A stretch of DNA of 64,000 nucleotides. Origin: an uncultured delta proteobacterium (GTDB lineage Bacteria; Desulfobacterota; Desulfomonilia; UBA1062). The position numbers were made by a program, and so were the translations under genes. The notes below the pieces were generated by a model. It was not told the origin of the DNA, searched no databases, and saw only the letters and a list, made by a program, of their open reading frames with translations. Within the stretch, counting starts at the first letter, position 1; every line of letters begins with the position of its first letter. Shown one piece after another: positions 62,647-64,000 of the stretch. The stretch covers positions 1-64,000 of the forward strand of contig CAWCTR010000002.1 in the NCBI GenBank assembly GCA_963798485.1, written 5' to 3'.

Positions 62647-64000
62647 TCAAGCAGGCACTATGGATTCCGGCATCTCCACAAGGCGTGCCCGCAGATATTC
62701 GCCCAGGGTCTTTGCCTGGGGGTCCATACGGAAAGAAGCCGCTGCGCCCTCCCCCAGGATACCCTTGATATAGAAGTTCACTGCCAGCAGATTGGGCAGC
62801 TCGTAACGGTCGATCTCATAGTCCTTCAAGTCCAGGAGCATATTTTTAAGCCTTCCCGTGGTCAGAAATTTCTGAAGGAAGGCATATGCCTCGGGCGTCT
62901 TTGCCCATACACCGAGATTTGCATTGCCCCCCTTGTCGCCCGAGCGGGTTGCAAACACCCGTCCGAACGGTACACGGGTAGTCTTGCCGCCGGGTGCAGC
63001 AGGCACATCTATCGCAAGGGGCTTGGGTGCGACAAACCCTTCCACAGGCTTCACGCACTCCACAATGAATTCCTTGTCATCCACCACTATCTTCTGGTGA
63101 ATCCGGCTGCTGGAAACAAGAGCAGGCCAGTACACGATTGCCGGCGTCCCCTTTGCGGGCGGCGCTGTACCGGTAAAGCCGGGGATATTGGCAAGGGCAA
63201 GTTCCACGATCTTGGACGAGATCTTGTCCACCTTTTTCTGGTCCGGGTCGATCACGGTGATGCGCAGATATGCGAAGGCCTCCTCATTGGTATCTGGGTC
63301 ATCCTTGTTGGACCGGATAAGCTGGATCTCGGCCTTCTGAAACTGCCCTTTTCCACCGATGGCATCAAAGAGTGCCTCTTCAAGGATGCGGGCCTTCTTA
63401 TCGATGTCCAGTCCGGTAAGGATCACGGTCATGGAATTTCGATAGCCGCCCAGGGTGTTGATGCAGACCTTGGAAGTATCGGTTGGTGGTTCCCCCTTGA
63501 CACCCTCCACCTGAACGCGATCAGGACCTTGCTGGGAGACCCTGATGGTGTCGAAGCGGGCAACCATGTCCGGGGTCAGATAGCGTGGATCGCTGATCTC
63601 ATAGAGGAGCTGCGCCTTGACGGTATCAACAGAAACGAGCCCTCCGGTTCCCGGATGCTTGGTGATGACAAAGGAGCCCTCACCATGAATTTCCGCAATG
63701 GGGAACCCCACCTTTTTGAAGTTCGGGACCTCATCGATGAATGAATAGTTGCCGCCGGTGGCCTGTGCCCCGCACTCGATGATGTGCCCGGCCGTTGTCG
63801 CCCCTGCGAGCTTGTCCCACTCGTCCTGCTTCCATCCATGCCACCAGGCAGCAGGGCCGACTACAAGGGATGCGTCCGCTATCCGGCCACCCACCACAAT
63901 ATCAGCACCCTCTTCCAGGGCCTTCACGATTCCCCAGCACCCCAGATAGGCATTTGCGGATATGACAATGGCCTTGGAATCTTTCAGGGCGATCCCCTTG
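62647..64000 (-). CDS. Acyclic terpene utilization AtuA family protein (5' end outside window)
   Basis: ANAYLGCWGI, AGHIIECGAQATGGNY, QLLYEI, RSGDKGGNAN, DPQAKTLGE. Confidence 0.9.
   Translation of the reverse strand, partial: KGIALKDSKAIVISANAYLGCWGIVKALEEGADIVVGGRIADASLVVGPAAWWHGWKQDEWDKLAGATTAGHIIECGAQATGGNYSFIDEVPNFKKVGFPIAEIHGEGSFVITKHPGTGGLVSVDTVKAQLLYEISDPRYLTPDMVARFDTIRVSQQGPDRVQVEGVKGEPPTDTSKVCINTLGGYRNSMTVILTGLDIDKKARILEEALFDAIGGKGQFQKAEIQLIRSNKDDPDTNEEAFAYLRITVIDPDQKKVDKISSKIVELALANIPGFTGTAPPAKGTPAIVYWPALVSSSRIHQKIVVDDKEFIVECVKPVEGFVAPKPLAIDVPAAPGGKTTRVPFGRVFATRSGDKGGNANLGVWAKTPEAYAFLQKFLTTGRLKNMLLDLKDYEIDRYELPNLLAVNFYIKGILGEGAAASFRMDPQAKTLGEYLRARLVEMPESIVPA

Overview
Chromosomal window from an anaerobic bacterium, probably Desulfobacterota/Deltaproteobacteria (inferred from gene content only). 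It holds the rpsB-tsf-pyrH-frr core cluster, many acyl-CoA, lipid and terpenoid catabolic genes, and an [FeFe]-hydrogenase operon with hydG/hydE. Highlights: (1) a TetR-linked glycyl radical enzyme with an N-terminal SCP2-like extension, followed by its activase and a KDSR-like SDR, with a divergent START-domain gene, suggesting a radical lyase for a lipid substrate; (2) a 675-nt group II intron whose reverse transcriptase ORF is deleted but whose EBS1/IBS1 and EBS2/IBS2 pairings are intact, inserted next to a decayed OsmC selenoprotein gene; (3) a hydrogenase beta subunit with bifurcation-type motifs whose ferredoxin-like tail is replaced by a GltD-like NADP(H) flavoprotein module; (4) a non-acylating ALDH/Fe-ADH fusion upstream of split UxaA/SuyAB-like genes; (5) a Cys-less thiolase/DUF35 operon. 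No rRNA, tRNA or CRISPR array was seen. Several frameshifts may be assembly errors. All family assignments come from motif recognition by eye, not database searches.
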